62,927 bases of DNA from an uncultured Caulobacterales bacterium (GCA_964352275.1 CAYGRF010000001.1:1-62927), one strand, 5' to 3'; counted from the stretch's first letter, positions 37,086-47,276 are shown. A program made the numbers and translations. Notes: generated from the sequence alone by a model not told the origin.

Positions 37086-38273
37086 TTAGGCCGCGTTCAC
37101 GCGCACCCATTTCCCATCAATATAGTGGATTCCGCACTCGGTTTTTTCCGTATTGCGCCAGCGTCCTGCACGGGGATCTTCGCCGTCGGCGACGCGGGTC
37201 GTGCAAGGCTGGCAACCAATAGATTGGAAGCCCAGCGCCAGCATAGGATGGGGAGGCAAATCATGTTTACGCATATAGGCTGTCACATCTTTAGCGCTCC
37301 AATAGGCCAGAGGGTTTATCTTGGCTTGGCGGCCGCCAAGCTCCAACATCGGCATATCGGCACGCTCAGGCGTCTGGTAGCGTTTTCTGCCTGTAATCCT
37401 TGCCGTAAATCCATCGATAGCCCCGCTAAGCGGGCGGACTTTACGCAGATCACAACAGGTATCCGGGTCACTTTGGTGGAGCAATCCGTCCGGATCTTCG
37501 GACAGCATTGCCGCGTCATCCGGCGTGATATTTCGAAACCCTGTTAATCCCAGATCGGATATGAGCATGTCCCGATAATGTAGGGTTTCGCGAAAGTGTT
37601 TGCCCGTATCGAGGAAAATAATCGGCAGGCTTTTGTCTATTTCTGAGGCCAGATGCAACATAACAGCCGAATCTACGCCCAAAGATGATGCCAGTACGAT
37701 ATTGCCGTCATAATCGTTAATCGCCCTTGCCATCGCTTGCTGCGCGGAGAGGCCGAAATAAGGGTCTTTTGAGCCTTGCCCGGCGCGGGACGTACGGCGC
37801 GCGTCGAACACGCTGACTGATGGCCCGTTCATCAGCGCATAGCCGCGCTGATAGGTGAGCCCAAACGCATTCATGGCCGAGAACCAATCAGACTCGCTTT
37901 GCCGCGCATAGGTTGCCTCGTCCACTTTAACCGCATCGAAACCGCATTGCAGGGCGAAAACATATTGATCGGGAATGAGCGGGCCTTCGGCGATAAGTTC
38001 GCCTGTAAACCCGTATTTCCGTCGCAGTTCGCGCGCGATGGAAAACCCGCGCCCGTCTGTAAAGGCGGGAAACTCGATAATGACTTTTTTTAGGCCGGGT
38101 AGACGAAGCCTTATCGTCTCCAAATCAATCGTGTTCGGCAAACGCACGCTGCTAAGCGTATTGCTCCCTATAAATGTTTCAAGTTCTGGAAGGGCTTCAT
38201 AGTGCGCCGCGCTGTGTGTGTGGCCGTCGCGTATAAGCACATCCGGCGGGGCCTCCGCGAGGAGATCAGACAT
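37086..38273 (-). CDS. cysH: fused DUF934 domain + APS/PAPS reductase (Fe-S type)
   Basis: The N-terminal ~130 aa (IIEFPAFTDGRGFSIARELRRKYGFTGELIAEG...QCGFDAV) is DUF934. The C-terminus has LASSLGVDSAVMLHL, CCDLRKVRPL, GCQPCT and ECGIH. The ATG at 38273 overlaps the cysI stop (ATGTCTGA). Confidence 0.8.
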   Translation of the reverse strand: MSDLLAEAPPDVLIRDGHTHSAAHYEALPELETFIGSNTLSSVRLPNTIDLETIRLRLPGLKKVIIEFPAFTDGRGFSIARELRRKYGFTGELIAEGPLIPDQYVFALQCGFDAVKVDEATYARQSESDWFSAMNAFGLTYQRGYALMNGPSVSVFDARRTSRAGQGSKDPYFGLSAQQAMARAINDYDGNIVLASSLGVDSAVMLHLASEIDKSLPIIFLDTGKHFRETLHYRDMLISDLGLTGFRNITPDDAAMLSEDPDGLLHQSDPDTCCDLRKVRPLSGAIDGFTARITGRKRYQTPERADMPMLELGGRQAKINPLAYWSAKDVTAYMRKHDLPPHPMLALGFQSIGCQPCTTRVADGEDPRAGRWRNTEKTECGIHYIDGKWVRVNAA

Positions 38274-39915
38274 AGAGCACCTCTTTAAACGGAGCCATGC
38301 CAAGGCGGCGATAAGTGTCGATGAAACGCTCGCCGTCCTCACGCGCGCCAAGGTAAAACTCGACCATCCGCTCTATACCGTCGACCAGTTCATCCTGTGA
38401 CAGGCCCGGCCCAGTGACATCGCCGAGAGACGCAGTTTCACTGCCGTCCCCGCCAAGCTTGACTTGGTAAAACTCGACGCCGGCTTTCTCAAGGCCGAGA
38501 ATACCGATATGCCCCACATGATGATGTCCGCACGCATTGATACAACCGGAGATTTTAATCTTCATCTCGCCAATGGCTTTTTGCCGCGCCGGATCCGCGA
38601 AACGCTCGGCGATTTGCTGGGATAGCGGAATAGATCGGGCCGTCGCCAGCGCGCAATAATCCATACCGGGGCAGCAAATAATGTCAGAAATCAGTCCAAT
38701 ATTAGCATCCGCCAGCCCGGCTTTTTTGAGCGCTGTATATACGGCAGGCAAATCATCTTTTTTGATATGCGGGAGCACCATATTTTGTTCATGGGTGGTG
38801 CGGATTTCGCTAAACCCATATGCGTCTGCAATATCGGCGACAGTGTGCATTTGATCCGCCGTAATATCCCCCGGCGCGCGGTCACGCGGTTTGAGAGATA
38901 TATTGACAATGGCATACCCCGCTTGCTTATGCGCTGCGAGGTTATTATCCGCCCACGCGGTAAAATCCGCATCAGCTTCCCTTGCTGCTTCGAACACGCC
39001 GCTATCTTCGGGTAATAGCTCAAAATTTGGCGGGGCAAAATACGCCGCAATCCGGGCTATCTCCTCGGGAGTGACCGCAATATCAGACGCGGTGAGCGCC
39101 GCATATTCGGATTCTACCTGCTGCTGAAAAGACTCAATGCCTGTCTCTTGAACCAGAATTTTAATGCGCGCTTTATACTTATTATCCCGGCGGCCATAGC
39201 GGTTATAAACACGCATCGTGGCCTCCAGATAAGGGAGCAGTTCTAGGCGCGGTAAGAACTTACGCAAAGTCACGCCGATAATAGGGGTTCGGCCCAATCC
39301 GCCCCCAACGAGGACATGATAACCCACCTCACCATCTGCATTGCGGACAATCTCAAGGCCAATATCATGGGCGCGGATAACCGCGCGGTCATTGTGAGCC
39401 GCGGTGACGGCGATTTTAAATTTGCGCGGCAAAAACGAAAATTCAGGATGCATCGTCGACCATTGCCGCAGCAGCTCTGCCGTTGGGCGCGGGTCTTCAA
39501 TTTCCTCCGCGGTCGCCCCGGCATAGGGGTCAGACGTCACATTACGAATGCAATTTCCCGAGGTTTGGAAACAATGCATCTCGACCTCGGCAAGGTCCGC
39601 CAACATATCAGGCACATCCGTAAGCTCTGGCCAGTTATACTGTATATTTTGCCGCGTGGTGATGTGGCCATAGCCGCGATCATATTTCTCAGCAAGCATG
39701 GCGAGTTGCCGGAGTTGAGTGGCGTTAAGCGTCCCGTAGGGCACGGCCACGCGCAGCATATAGGCATGAAGTTGTAGATACAGCCCGTTCATGAGGCGCA
39801 GCGGACGGAACTGTTCCTCGGTCAGTGCGCCGGATAAGCGGCGCTCTACCTGTCCGCGAAACTGCCTGACGCGCCCTTGAACAATATCATGGTCGAATTC
39901 ATCGTAACGGTACAT
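38266..39915 (-). CDS. cysI: sulfite reductase hemoprotein (nitrite/sulfite reductase family)
   Basis: 549 aa. Siroheme/4Fe-4S Cys cluster CCPGMDYCALA ... SGCINACGHHHVGHIGILG. Confidence 0.85.
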   Translation of the reverse strand: MYRYDEFDHDIVQGRVRQFRGQVERRLSGALTEEQFRPLRLMNGLYLQLHAYMLRVAVPYGTLNATQLRQLAMLAEKYDRGYGHITTRQNIQYNWPELTDVPDMLADLAEVEMHCFQTSGNCIRNVTSDPYAGATAEEIEDPRPTAELLRQWSTMHPEFSFLPRKFKIAVTAAHNDRAVIRAHDIGLEIVRNADGEVGYHVLVGGGLGRTPIIGVTLRKFLPRLELLPYLEATMRVYNRYGRRDNKYKARIKILVQETGIESFQQQVESEYAALTASDIAVTPEEIARIAAYFAPPNFELLPEDSGVFEAAREADADFTAWADNNLAAHKQAGYAIVNISLKPRDRAPGDITADQMHTVADIADAYGFSEIRTTHEQNMVLPHIKKDDLPAVYTALKKAGLADANIGLISDIICCPGMDYCALATARSIPLSQQIAERFADPARQKAIGEMKIKISGCINACGHHHVGHIGILGLEKAGVEFYQVKLGGDGSETASLGDVTGPGLSQDELVDGIERMVEFYLGAREDGERFIDTYRRLGMAPFKEVLYV

Positions 39916-39919
39916 GGGT

Positions 39920-40240
39920 CTAAGCCTTATTCTGGGCGTAAGCCGGATAGTGTGATTGATCGTGAGTCGGGCCGCTAACGCGGAACTTTTCGCGGTACCG
40001 TACCGGCAGATCAGTCTCTGGCTCTATGTCAATGAAATAAACGCCGACAACAAGATTATCATCTTCATCGCGCGCGCCGATGTCAGCCATTTTGGCGATG
40101 ATGTCAGAATCTTCGGTCTTCAGCGCATCCTTATAGTCTAGCGACCATTCGAATGACGGCGTCATCCAAACATTGAGCCCTTCGCGGAGCTCGTTGGCCG
40201 TGAGTGATTGCGGCCCAACACCCTTGTGCTTGGCGCTCAT
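39920..40240 (-). CDS. DUF2849 domain protein
   Basis: 106 aa. Its position between cysG and cysI is conserved in alphaproteobacteria. N-terminal ...LTANELREGLNVWM. 4-nt overlap with cysG. Confidence 0.7.
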   Translation of the reverse strand: MSAKHKGVGPQSLTANELREGLNVWMTPSFEWSLDYKDALKTEDSDIIAKMADIGARDEDDNLVVGVYFIDIEPETDLPVRYREKFRVSGPTHDQSHYPAYAQNKA

Positions 40241-41625
40241 AATGCTGCCTCCGAAAGCGCGGTCTCAATGGCTATGCCGCGCGCTTCGTAACCCAAGAGT
40301 AAAATTGCCGGCCCTTTTATGTCTTTAATTTCAATATCTTGCGCCAGGTTGCCGAGTGTTGTCGGCACAATAATTTGATTGGGGCGGGAGGCGTTTTCAA
40401 CGACCGTTACAGGCAGGTCACGCGGCGAGCCGTGAAGCAGCATGCGCCCTTGAATGAACCGCGACGCTCCGACGCCCATATAGACGGCAGCACGCGCGCC
40501 GGGTAGGCTAATCGCCTTCCAGTCATGCTCGGCAAATCCCTTGGCATCATGCCCTGTCAAAAGCGCTACAGCCCGGTTGTGCCCGCGCGTTGTCAAAGAT
40601 GCGCCGATTTCAGCGGCGGCGGCGGCGGCGGCGGTAATTCCCGGAACAATATCATACGAAATACCCGCCTGTTCCAACGCGTCAATTTCCTCATCAGCGC
40701 GTCCAAAAATCAACGGGTCTCCGCTTTTCAGGCGCACAACCGTGAGGCCTTCTTTCGCTTTTTCGACCAGCACGGCGTTGATTGCATGCTGGGGCGTCGA
40801 CTGGCCGCCGGGCTCTTTACCGACATAAATATATTCCGCTTCGCGGCGGCCAAAATCGAGCACGTCTTGGCTGACAAGGCGGTCATAAACAATAACATCC
40901 GCGCTATGGAGTTTCTGCCGCGCGCCAAGCGTGAGTAGTTCCGCTTTACCTGGCCCGGCTCCCACCAATGACACATGACCGAGCGCCAACTCGTCTTGAC
41001 CCTGAAGCTTTTGAATAACCTTTTGCTCAATTTCAGTGTCCGAATGTTTAATCTGCGCCGTTAAATCTCGTCCGCCAAAAATATCCGCCCAAAAGGCCTG
41101 ACGCGCGGACAGGGTTGGTATTTTATCCGTAACTATGGCCCTGAGCTGTTGAATTTTGAGAGCGAGCGACCCCAATCGTGACGGCAGGCGGCTTTCCAAA
41201 TCCGCTTTTATCGCGCGCGCAAGGCCGGGCGACGTGCCCTCTGTACCAATGGAGACAATAACCGGGCTACGGTCGACAAGGGCGGGCGTGTAAAAATCAC
41301 AACCCGGTTTATGATCTGCGGCGTTAACAAGTACGCCGCATTCCCTCGACTTTGTCGCAATCTCCATATTCAATTCCGGGTTTTCAGTCGCTGCATATAC
41401 CAAAAAGGCGTACTCAATATCGGCATCAACCATCTCTCTTTGGTGCCACGTTAATTGCCCCAAATCGGCCCAACGCTGGATTTCGCTTGAGGCGTCTGTG
41501 GACACAACAACAAGACGGGCATCCGTTTTTAGAAGCGTGCGCAGCTTGGCTTCGGCAGCGCCAAAACCGCCAACAACAAGAATTGTCTTGTCTTGGGTAT
41601 CCAGATGGATAGGAAGAAAACGCAT
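40237..41625 (-). CDS. cysG: siroheme synthase (precorrin-2 dehydrogenase/ferrochelatase + uroporphyrinogen-III C-methyltransferase)
   Basis: N-terminal Rossmann ILVVGGFGAAEAKL. C-terminal SUMT motifs LVGAGPGKAELLTL, VVRLKSGDPLIFGR and VPGITAA. Confidence 0.85.
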   Translation of the reverse strand: MRFLPIHLDTQDKTILVVGGFGAAEAKLRTLLKTDARLVVVSTDASSEIQRWADLGQLTWHQREMVDADIEYAFLVYAATENPELNMEIATKSRECGVLVNAADHKPGCDFYTPALVDRSPVIVSIGTEGTSPGLARAIKADLESRLPSRLGSLALKIQQLRAIVTDKIPTLSARQAFWADIFGGRDLTAQIKHSDTEIEQKVIQKLQGQDELALGHVSLVGAGPGKAELLTLGARQKLHSADVIVYDRLVSQDVLDFGRREAEYIYVGKEPGGQSTPQHAINAVLVEKAKEGLTVVRLKSGDPLIFGRADEEIDALEQAGISYDIVPGITAAAAAAAEIGASLTTRGHNRAVALLTGHDAKGFAEHDWKAISLPGARAAVYMGVGASRFIQGRMLLHGSPRDLPVTVVENASRPNQIIVPTTLGNLAQDIEIKDIKGPAILLLGYEARGIAIETALSEAAL

Positions 41626-41663
41626 TGAGACCTCACATGTGCGTACTTTACTTACGTCTTACC

Positions 41664-41679
41664 GTTCTATATATAGAAC
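41664..41679. promoter_or_regulatory. perfect 16-bp palindrome GTTCTATATATAGAAC in the cysG / XRE-cupin divergent intergenic region (candidate operator)
   Basis: Read directly; it is its own reverse complement. It lies 39 nt from the cysG start and 49 nt from the regulator start. Confidence 0.4.
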
Positions 41680-41727
41680 AAAATAATATTTACCAGACCC
41701 TAAGGTCTAAATTTTTCGTGAGATTAT

Positions 41728-42339
41728 ATGGCCCGCCAAAAACGCAAACCCTGCGCTGAAACCGATGCGATCACTGAGCAACTGGGGAAAACCATACAAC
41801 GCCTGCGGACAGCGGATAAGTTATCACTTGGCGACTTATCCTCCATATCCGGCGTTGCCAAGTCCATGATTTCACAAATCGAGCGCAATGAAACGAACCC
41901 GACTCTCGCAACGCTTTCGCGTCTCAGCCAGGCTTTAGGTGTCAGCGTAGAAACTGTGTTCGCCCAAGATGAAAATACCGACACCCCGCTTGTGCAGCAT
42001 ACCCGCATTCAAGATACGCCGCTTTTGACAAGCGAAGACGGGCTCTGCGAGCTTCGCATTATCGGCTGGATCGAAACCGTGCAATGGACGCAATGGTATG
42101 ACTTCAAAGCTGCGCCGGGCGGACGCCTCGAAAGCTCTCCTCACCCCCACGGCTCGGTAGAAAACCTAACAATCCTCTCAGGCGCATTGCACGTCCATGT
42201 TGACGGCCACATATGGCATGCAAGCGCGGGCGAAACCCTGCGTTATCAAGCCGATAGACCGCATATGATCGTTAATAATGGCGATGTTCCCGCGCAGGCC
42301 ACTATGGTCAATATCCTCGCCCATTCAATTCGGGCGTAA
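41728..42339 (+). CDS. XRE-family HTH transcriptional regulator with C-terminal cupin domain
   Basis: LSLGDLSSISGVAKSMISQIERNETNPTLATLSRLSQALGV (HTH_3), and a C-terminal cupin (HPHGSVENLTILSGAL...G..H). Confidence 0.8.
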   Translation: MARQKRKPCAETDAITEQLGKTIQRLRTADKLSLGDLSSISGVAKSMISQIERNETNPTLATLSRLSQALGVSVETVFAQDENTDTPLVQHTRIQDTPLLTSEDGLCELRIIGWIETVQWTQWYDFKAAPGGRLESSPHPHGSVENLTILSGALHVHVDGHIWHASAGETLRYQADRPHMIVNNGDVPAQATMVNILAHSIRA

Positions 42340-42469
42340 TTGGGTCTATTGGTGTCTTTTTAATGCGAAAGTAACCAATCTTTCATTGGCCTTATCCACA
42401 TTGTTCGTTAGAACACATCGAGTCAGCCGCCCCAAAGCGGCCATCACGACCCAGGGTACGGACAAGACT

Positions 42470-45400
42470 ATGAAATTTAAGCATCTTTTGCTCTCCGCAG
42501 CGATACCGGCAAGCCTTATTGTGGCGGTGCCTTTATCTTTCGCGCAAACCGTTGTCGACGCTGACCGCACCGACCCTATTGTGACATCAACGGCTGGCAC
42601 CAATAGCACGCCTGACGATGTTACGATCAATACAAGCGTCAACATCACCCCGGCTAGTGGCACAGCCATAACTGTGGATTCCGATAATACCGTGATTTTA
42701 GGCGGCAATGTCACGATGGACGATACCAGCGATGTTATTGGCGTCGATCTGCAAGGCGGTAACACAGGCGATTTAACGGTGGCTGGCTCGATTTCCATGA
42801 TCGAGGATTTCACCGGCACGGATGATGACGGCGATAATGTCATTGATGGTGACTTTGCCGAAGGCACTGGCAAAACCGGCATTCTGATTTCCGGCGCGAG
42901 CCCATTTGCCGGGAATGTTACCTTGGCGACCACAGCGCGCATATCCGTCGAAGGCCAAAACTCATACGGCATTCGTATTGAAAATACGAGCGGCCTAACC
43001 GGTGACATCGATATGGGCGGCGTCATCAACATGCTAGGCCGCAACAGCCGCGGGCTTAGCCTTGAGGGCGGCGTGATTGGCAATGTAACCAATAGCGGAA
43101 ATATCACGACGCGCGGCGAGAATGCATCCGCGATTGTCGCATCCGGCGACATTACAGGACAACTCAATAATTCCGGCACGATTGCCAATTCCGGTTACCG
43201 CTTTACAGATCGTCCAACACTTGCCGGGCGCAACTTGTTAGGTCCTGAAGACTTTTGGCAAGCCGGTTCAGCCATTGAAGTGAACGGCAACGTCACAAAC
43301 GGCATCTTCCTCCAGCGCGTTGTCACCACAACCACCAATGACGATGGCACCACCACTGAAACCGTTGACGGTGTAAGTAATATCAATCAACTTGGCAGCG
43401 CTCCTGCGATCCTAATTGACGGTCAAGGCACACCGATTGCGATTGGCATTGTCGCAGCAATTACAGACCCCAATGACGCTAATTTTGTTGAAGCCGAGCA
43501 ATATGCTTTCGTCAACCAAGGCGTATTATCAGCATCCGGTATTTATAACGACTTCAATGCAACGGCTTTCGAAGTTAGGGACGCTACGCTTACGGGCGGC
43601 ATCAATAATACCGCTAACATGGTGGCGAGTGCATTCCGCAGCGGAAACCAAGAGGCGACCGCCGACACTGCGGGAGAGACAGGTCTTGCCCGGGTTATCG
43701 TCCTAGGCGATGGCGCGATTGCAGACCGTATCAATAATTCGGGCCTTATCATTGCCCAAGTCACCGAAGCGACAGATGAAGTTTACGCTGACCGCACAAA
43801 TGTCATAGCCGCCCGTAGTCTACAGGCGGTGGCTATCGATATCGGCGCGAATGCCTCCTTGTCGGAGATTGTTAACTCCAACGGCATTTCAGCAATTCTG
43901 ACAGGACGCAACGGCGAAGCCGTAGCCATTCGTGATGCCTCGGGAACTCTCACCCGTATTGACAATACTGGCAATATTTCCGCTCTCGGCGTGAGTTCTG
44001 ATGCTCAAGGTCTTCAAACCACAAGTTTCAATTTGATTGCGATTGATGTCTCCGCCAACAGCACAGGCTTTACGCTCAACCAATTAGTACCCGTCGACAG
44101 TGACACCACGGATGAACTCACGCCTGCTGACCCTACGATCAGTGGTGATATATTCCTCGGGAGCGGTGACGACACTGTTAACCTCGAGGCCGGGATCATA
44201 TCTGGCGCTCTGGGCTTCGGTGATGGCATGGATGCGTTTAATATTTCCGGCGGCTCCTCTTATAGCGGGAACCTATCAGATACAGACGGCAATCTTACCA
44301 TATCTGTGGCTGATAACAGCACGCTTATAAATACAACCGCAAGCCCCACAGACATTACATCCGCATCTTTTGATGCGACATCCGTATTCCGGCCCACGCT
44401 AGACGGCGCTACCGGCGAAGCCTCTACGCTCAATGCCTCCGGAGACATTACGTTTGCTGACGGCGCAACAATTTCTCCGCTACTGCGTAATGTGATCGAC
44501 TCTGCCAGCACGACATTCCGTATTTTGGATGCGGGCGGCACATTGACCGTTGGCAATGATCTGGGTTCACTCGGCGCGATACAGTCGCCTTTCCTGTATG
44601 ATACATCTTTTGCCATCGACCCGAATGACCCCAACGCCCTGATCATAACGCTCGACCTTCGCTCAACAGATCAACTGGGGCTGGACACGGTTCAAGCCGC
44701 CGGATTTAATTCCGCCTTCAATGCACTGCAAAACAATACAGATCTCGCCAACGCTTTCGTTAATATCACGGACGGTGCCGAATTTAACAGCTCACTTAAT
44801 CAACTCCTGCCTGAATTTGCCGCTGCCGCGCGGCAATTTATCGTGGCCAATGTCGACGGAGCCGTCGGCGCAGTCGGCACCCATTTGGACAATGCCCGCA
44901 AATCTCAAGCCAAATCTGGCGGTGTCTGGATTCAGGAATTTGCCTATTTTGCTGATCGCGATCTCGCGGGCCTATCCGAACAATATCGCGGCCACGGGTT
45001 TGGCCTGTCTGGCGGAATGGATACAGCGTTTGGCCCGTTCCATTCAGTCGGCGTGAACGTAGGCTTTGCCACAACTGAAATTGAAGACGTTGTCGGTGTT
45101 GATGAGCCTCTCGATGTGGTCACATTCCAGCTCGGCACATATGCAGGATATAGTTCAGGCAATCTCGGCGTCGAAGCCTATGCCGGTCTGGGGTTCAATG
45201 ACTTTGAATCCTCTCGCAAGATCGAGGTCGGTAGCTTTAGTGGCTCGTCTCAGGGCGACTGGACGGGGCAGCATTACAACACCTCCTTGCGCGCCGGTTA
45301 TGACCTTAAAATCAGTGATAAATTCTGGGCGCGTCCGGCGGTATCTGTTGACTATCTCAGGCTCACAGAAGACGGCTACACAGAAGACGGGCCGATTGGT

Positions 45401-45745
45401 ATTGCCTTGGAGGTCGATAAACGCACATCCGAGCTTGGCGGCGCGACAGCGATGCTGAACTTCGGCGCGACCTTCCAAGGCCGCCGCACATCGCTTAGCC
45501 CGTCCATCCGCATGGGCTACCGCAACGAATTTATCAATAGCGGTCTTGAAACCAATTACCGTTTCGCCGGACTGAACACACCTGCAACATTGATCGGCGA
45601 AGAATTCCCGTCCAGCGCTATTTTGCTTGGCTTCTCACTCTCCGCTGGCAGTGATTTCTCATCCCTCGGATTGGACATTGATAGCGACATTCGTGACGGG
45701 TTTATCCGTCACACCGGCCGTATTGTTCTCCGCTTGATATTCTAA
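42470..45745 (+). CDS. autotransporter (type Va) outer-membrane protein with long beta-helical passenger
   Basis: Signal peptide MKFKHLLLSAAIPASLIVAVPLSFAQT. Repetitive G/N/T-rich passenger with recurring xNxGxI units. C-terminal ~280-aa barrel ending ...GRIVLRLIF (terminal aromatic residue). Confidence 0.8.
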   Translation: MKFKHLLLSAAIPASLIVAVPLSFAQTVVDADRTDPIVTSTAGTNSTPDDVTINTSVNITPASGTAITVDSDNTVILGGNVTMDDTSDVIGVDLQGGNTGDLTVAGSISMIEDFTGTDDDGDNVIDGDFAEGTGKTGILISGASPFAGNVTLATTARISVEGQNSYGIRIENTSGLTGDIDMGGVINMLGRNSRGLSLEGGVIGNVTNSGNITTRGENASAIVASGDITGQLNNSGTIANSGYRFTDRPTLAGRNLLGPEDFWQAGSAIEVNGNVTNGIFLQRVVTTTTNDDGTTTETVDGVSNINQLGSAPAILIDGQGTPIAIGIVAAITDPNDANFVEAEQYAFVNQGVLSASGIYNDFNATAFEVRDATLTGGINNTANMVASAFRSGNQEATADTAGETGLARVIVLGDGAIADRINNSGLIIAQVTEATDEVYADRTNVIAARSLQAVAIDIGANASLSEIVNSNGISAILTGRNGEAVAIRDASGTLTRIDNTGNISALGVSSDAQGLQTTSFNLIAIDVSANSTGFTLNQLVPVDSDTTDELTPADPTISGDIFLGSGDDTVNLEAGIISGALGFGDGMDAFNISGGSSYSGNLSDTDGNLTISVADNSTLINTTASPTDITSASFDATSVFRPTLDGATGEASTLNASGDITFADGATISPLLRNVIDSASTTFRILDAGGTLTVGNDLGSLGAIQSPFLYDTSFAIDPNDPNALIITLDLRSTDQLGLDTVQAAGFNSAFNALQNNTDLANAFVNITDGAEFNSSLNQLLPEFAAAARQFIVANVDGAVGAVGTHLDNARKSQAKSGGVWIQEFAYFADRDLAGLSEQYRGHGFGLSGGMDTAFGPFHSVGVNVGFATTEIEDVVGVDEPLDVVTFQLGTYAGYSSGNLGVEAYAGLGFNDFESSRKIEVGSFSGSSQGDWTGQHYNTSLRAGYDLKISDKFWARPAVSVDYLRLTEDGYTEDGPIGIALEVDKRTSELGGATAMLNFGATFQGRRTSLSPSIRMGYRNEFINSGLETNYRFAGLNTPATLIGEEFPSSAILLGFSLSAGSDFSSLGLDIDSDIRDGFIRHTGRIVLRLIF

Positions 45746-45823
45746 GACGGCAGCCCCAAACCTTATGCTTGCCGCTTGCGGTGCGCCCTGTTAGAGACGC
45801 GCCGTAATTAGGAGACTATCCGC

Positions 45824-46387
45824 ATGAAAATGAACGGCAACGAAATCAAACCCGGCAATATCATCAAGCACCAAGATACGCTTTGGGTTGCGGTAAAATG
45901 TAATGCGGTCAAGCCCGGTAAGGGCGGAGCATTTAATCAGGTCGAGCTAAAAAACCTTCTCGATGGACGCAAGCTCAATGAGCGCTTCCGCGCTGCCGAA
46001 ACCGTTGAACGTGTCCGGCTTGAGCAAAAAACCCATACCTATCTTTATGCTGACGGCGAAATGCTTGTCTTTATGAATTCAGAAAATTACGAGCAGATAA
46101 ATCTCCAGTCCGAATTTGTTGGCGACCGCGCCGTGTATCTCTCTGATGGTATGGCGGTGGACCTTGAGTTTTACGAAGACCGCCCGATCAGCGTTGCCCT
46201 GCCCGACCAAGTCATCCTTGAAGTGACCGAGACAGAACCTGTGGTCAAAGGCCAAACCGCCGCAAACTCTTTCAAACCAGCCATTTTAGAGAACGGCGTG
46301 CGTACAGCGGTTCCGCCATTTGTCGGCACAGGCGAGAAACTGGTGATCAACACCGAAGACGGTGCTTACGTCAAACGGGCAGATTGA
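45824..46387 (+). CDS. efp: elongation factor P
   Basis: 187 aa; [17 protein letters not shown] loop and overall EF-P sequence. Confidence 0.95.
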   Translation: MKMNGNEIKPGNIIKHQDTLWVAVKCNAVKPGKGGAFNQVELKNLLDGRKLNERFRAAETVERVRLEQKTHTYLYADGEMLVFMNSENYEQINLQSEFVGDRAVYLSDGMAVDLEFYEDRPISVALPDQVILEVTETEPVVKGQTAANSFKPAILENGVRTAVPPFVGTGEKLVINTEDGAYVKRAD

Positions 46388-46388
46388 T

Positions 46389-47204
46389 ATGTCCGGCGCA
46401 TCGGCCCTTATGAATATTATGCAATCGGCGGCGCGCAAAGCCGCGCGCGGATTGCAGCGCGACTTTGGCGAAGTCGAGAACCTGCAAGTCTCCCGCAAAG
46501 GCCCGGCTGACTTCGTCTCCCGCGCGGATAAAAAGGCCGAGAGCGTCATTTTCGAAGAACTCTCTGCTGCCCGTCCGGGCTACGGCTTTCTCATGGAAGA
46601 AGGCGGCGTGGTAGAAGGTACGGATAAGACGCACCGTTTCATTATTGACCCGCTGGACGGCACAACGAATTTCCTCCACGGTATTCCGCATTTTGCAATC
46701 TCAATTGCGCTCGAGCGCACGCTTGAGGGCAAACGCGAGCTTGTCGCTGGTATCGTTTACAACCCTATCACCGACGAAATGTTCATGGCCGAAGCCGGGC
46801 GCGGTGCCTATATCAATGATGGCCGCCGCGGCGGCGCTGACCGCCGGTTAAATCCCGCGCGCCGCGACGATTTTTCGGCCTGCATTTTCGCAACAGGCAT
46901 TCCGTTTATGGGCAAGCCCGGCCATACTAAGTTGCTCAAAGAACTCCACAAAGTCATGGGCTCAACCGCAGGCGTTAGGCGCTTTGGGACAGCATCGCTG
47001 GATCTGGCTTGGACAGCCGCAGGACGCTTTGACGGATTTTGGGAGCGCGGACTGGCCCCATGGGACGTAGCAGCAGGCCTCTTGATCGCCAAAGAATCCG
47101 GCCTGAGAGTAGAGAGCCTATCCGGCGGAAACCCCGTCGATACTGGCGATATTATCTGCACAAACGAAGCGCTATTTGAACCGCTTAAATTGCGGGTGGA
47201 GTAG
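46389..47204 (+). CDS. suhB: inositol monophosphatase family protein
   Basis: FLMEEGG, IIDPLDGTTNFLHG and WDVAAG motifs. The ATG lies 1 nt after the efp stop. Confidence 0.85.
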   Translation: MSGASALMNIMQSAARKAARGLQRDFGEVENLQVSRKGPADFVSRADKKAESVIFEELSAARPGYGFLMEEGGVVEGTDKTHRFIIDPLDGTTNFLHGIPHFAISIALERTLEGKRELVAGIVYNPITDEMFMAEAGRGAYINDGRRGGADRRLNPARRDDFSACIFATGIPFMGKPGHTKLLKELHKVMGSTAGVRRFGTASLDLAWTAAGRFDGFWERGLAPWDVAAGLLIAKESGLRVESLSGGNPVDTGDIICTNEALFEPLKLRVE

Positions 47205-47224
47205 CTCCAGAGCTCCCAAACGCA

Positions 47225-47254
47225 AAACGGCTCGGACGCAATGCCGAGCCGTTT
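47225..47254. terminator. bidirectional stem-loop between convergent suhB and the DUF2853 gene
   Basis: 11-bp stem AAACGGCTCGG / CCGAGCCGTTT with an 8-nt loop. Confidence 0.6.
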
Positions 47255-47276
47255 CACTGTGTTTGGTATGAACAAT

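Noticed and set aside
40613-40634. (GCG)7 trinucleotide run in cysG as a possible phase-variation tract.
   Set aside because: It encodes the Ala run of ...PGITAAAAAAAEIG... in the conserved SUMT region. Triplet slippage keeps the frame, so it cannot switch the gene on or off.
42346-43188. Long antisense ORFs: 280 aa opposite the autotransporter, 28206-28850 opposite hsaD, 46808-47362 opposite suhB, 58694-59191 opposite the protease, and several more.
   Set aside because: Each lies fully inside a well-supported gene on the other strand. They have low-complexity, Arg/Ser/Pro-rich composition and no motifs or RBS. These are typical shadow ORFs.
42470-45745. The autotransporter as a novel system.
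   Set aside because: It has standard type Va architecture: signal peptide, repetitive beta-helix passenger, and a C-terminal barrel ending in Phe. Nothing unusual is visible beyond the absence of a recognisable catalytic passenger domain.
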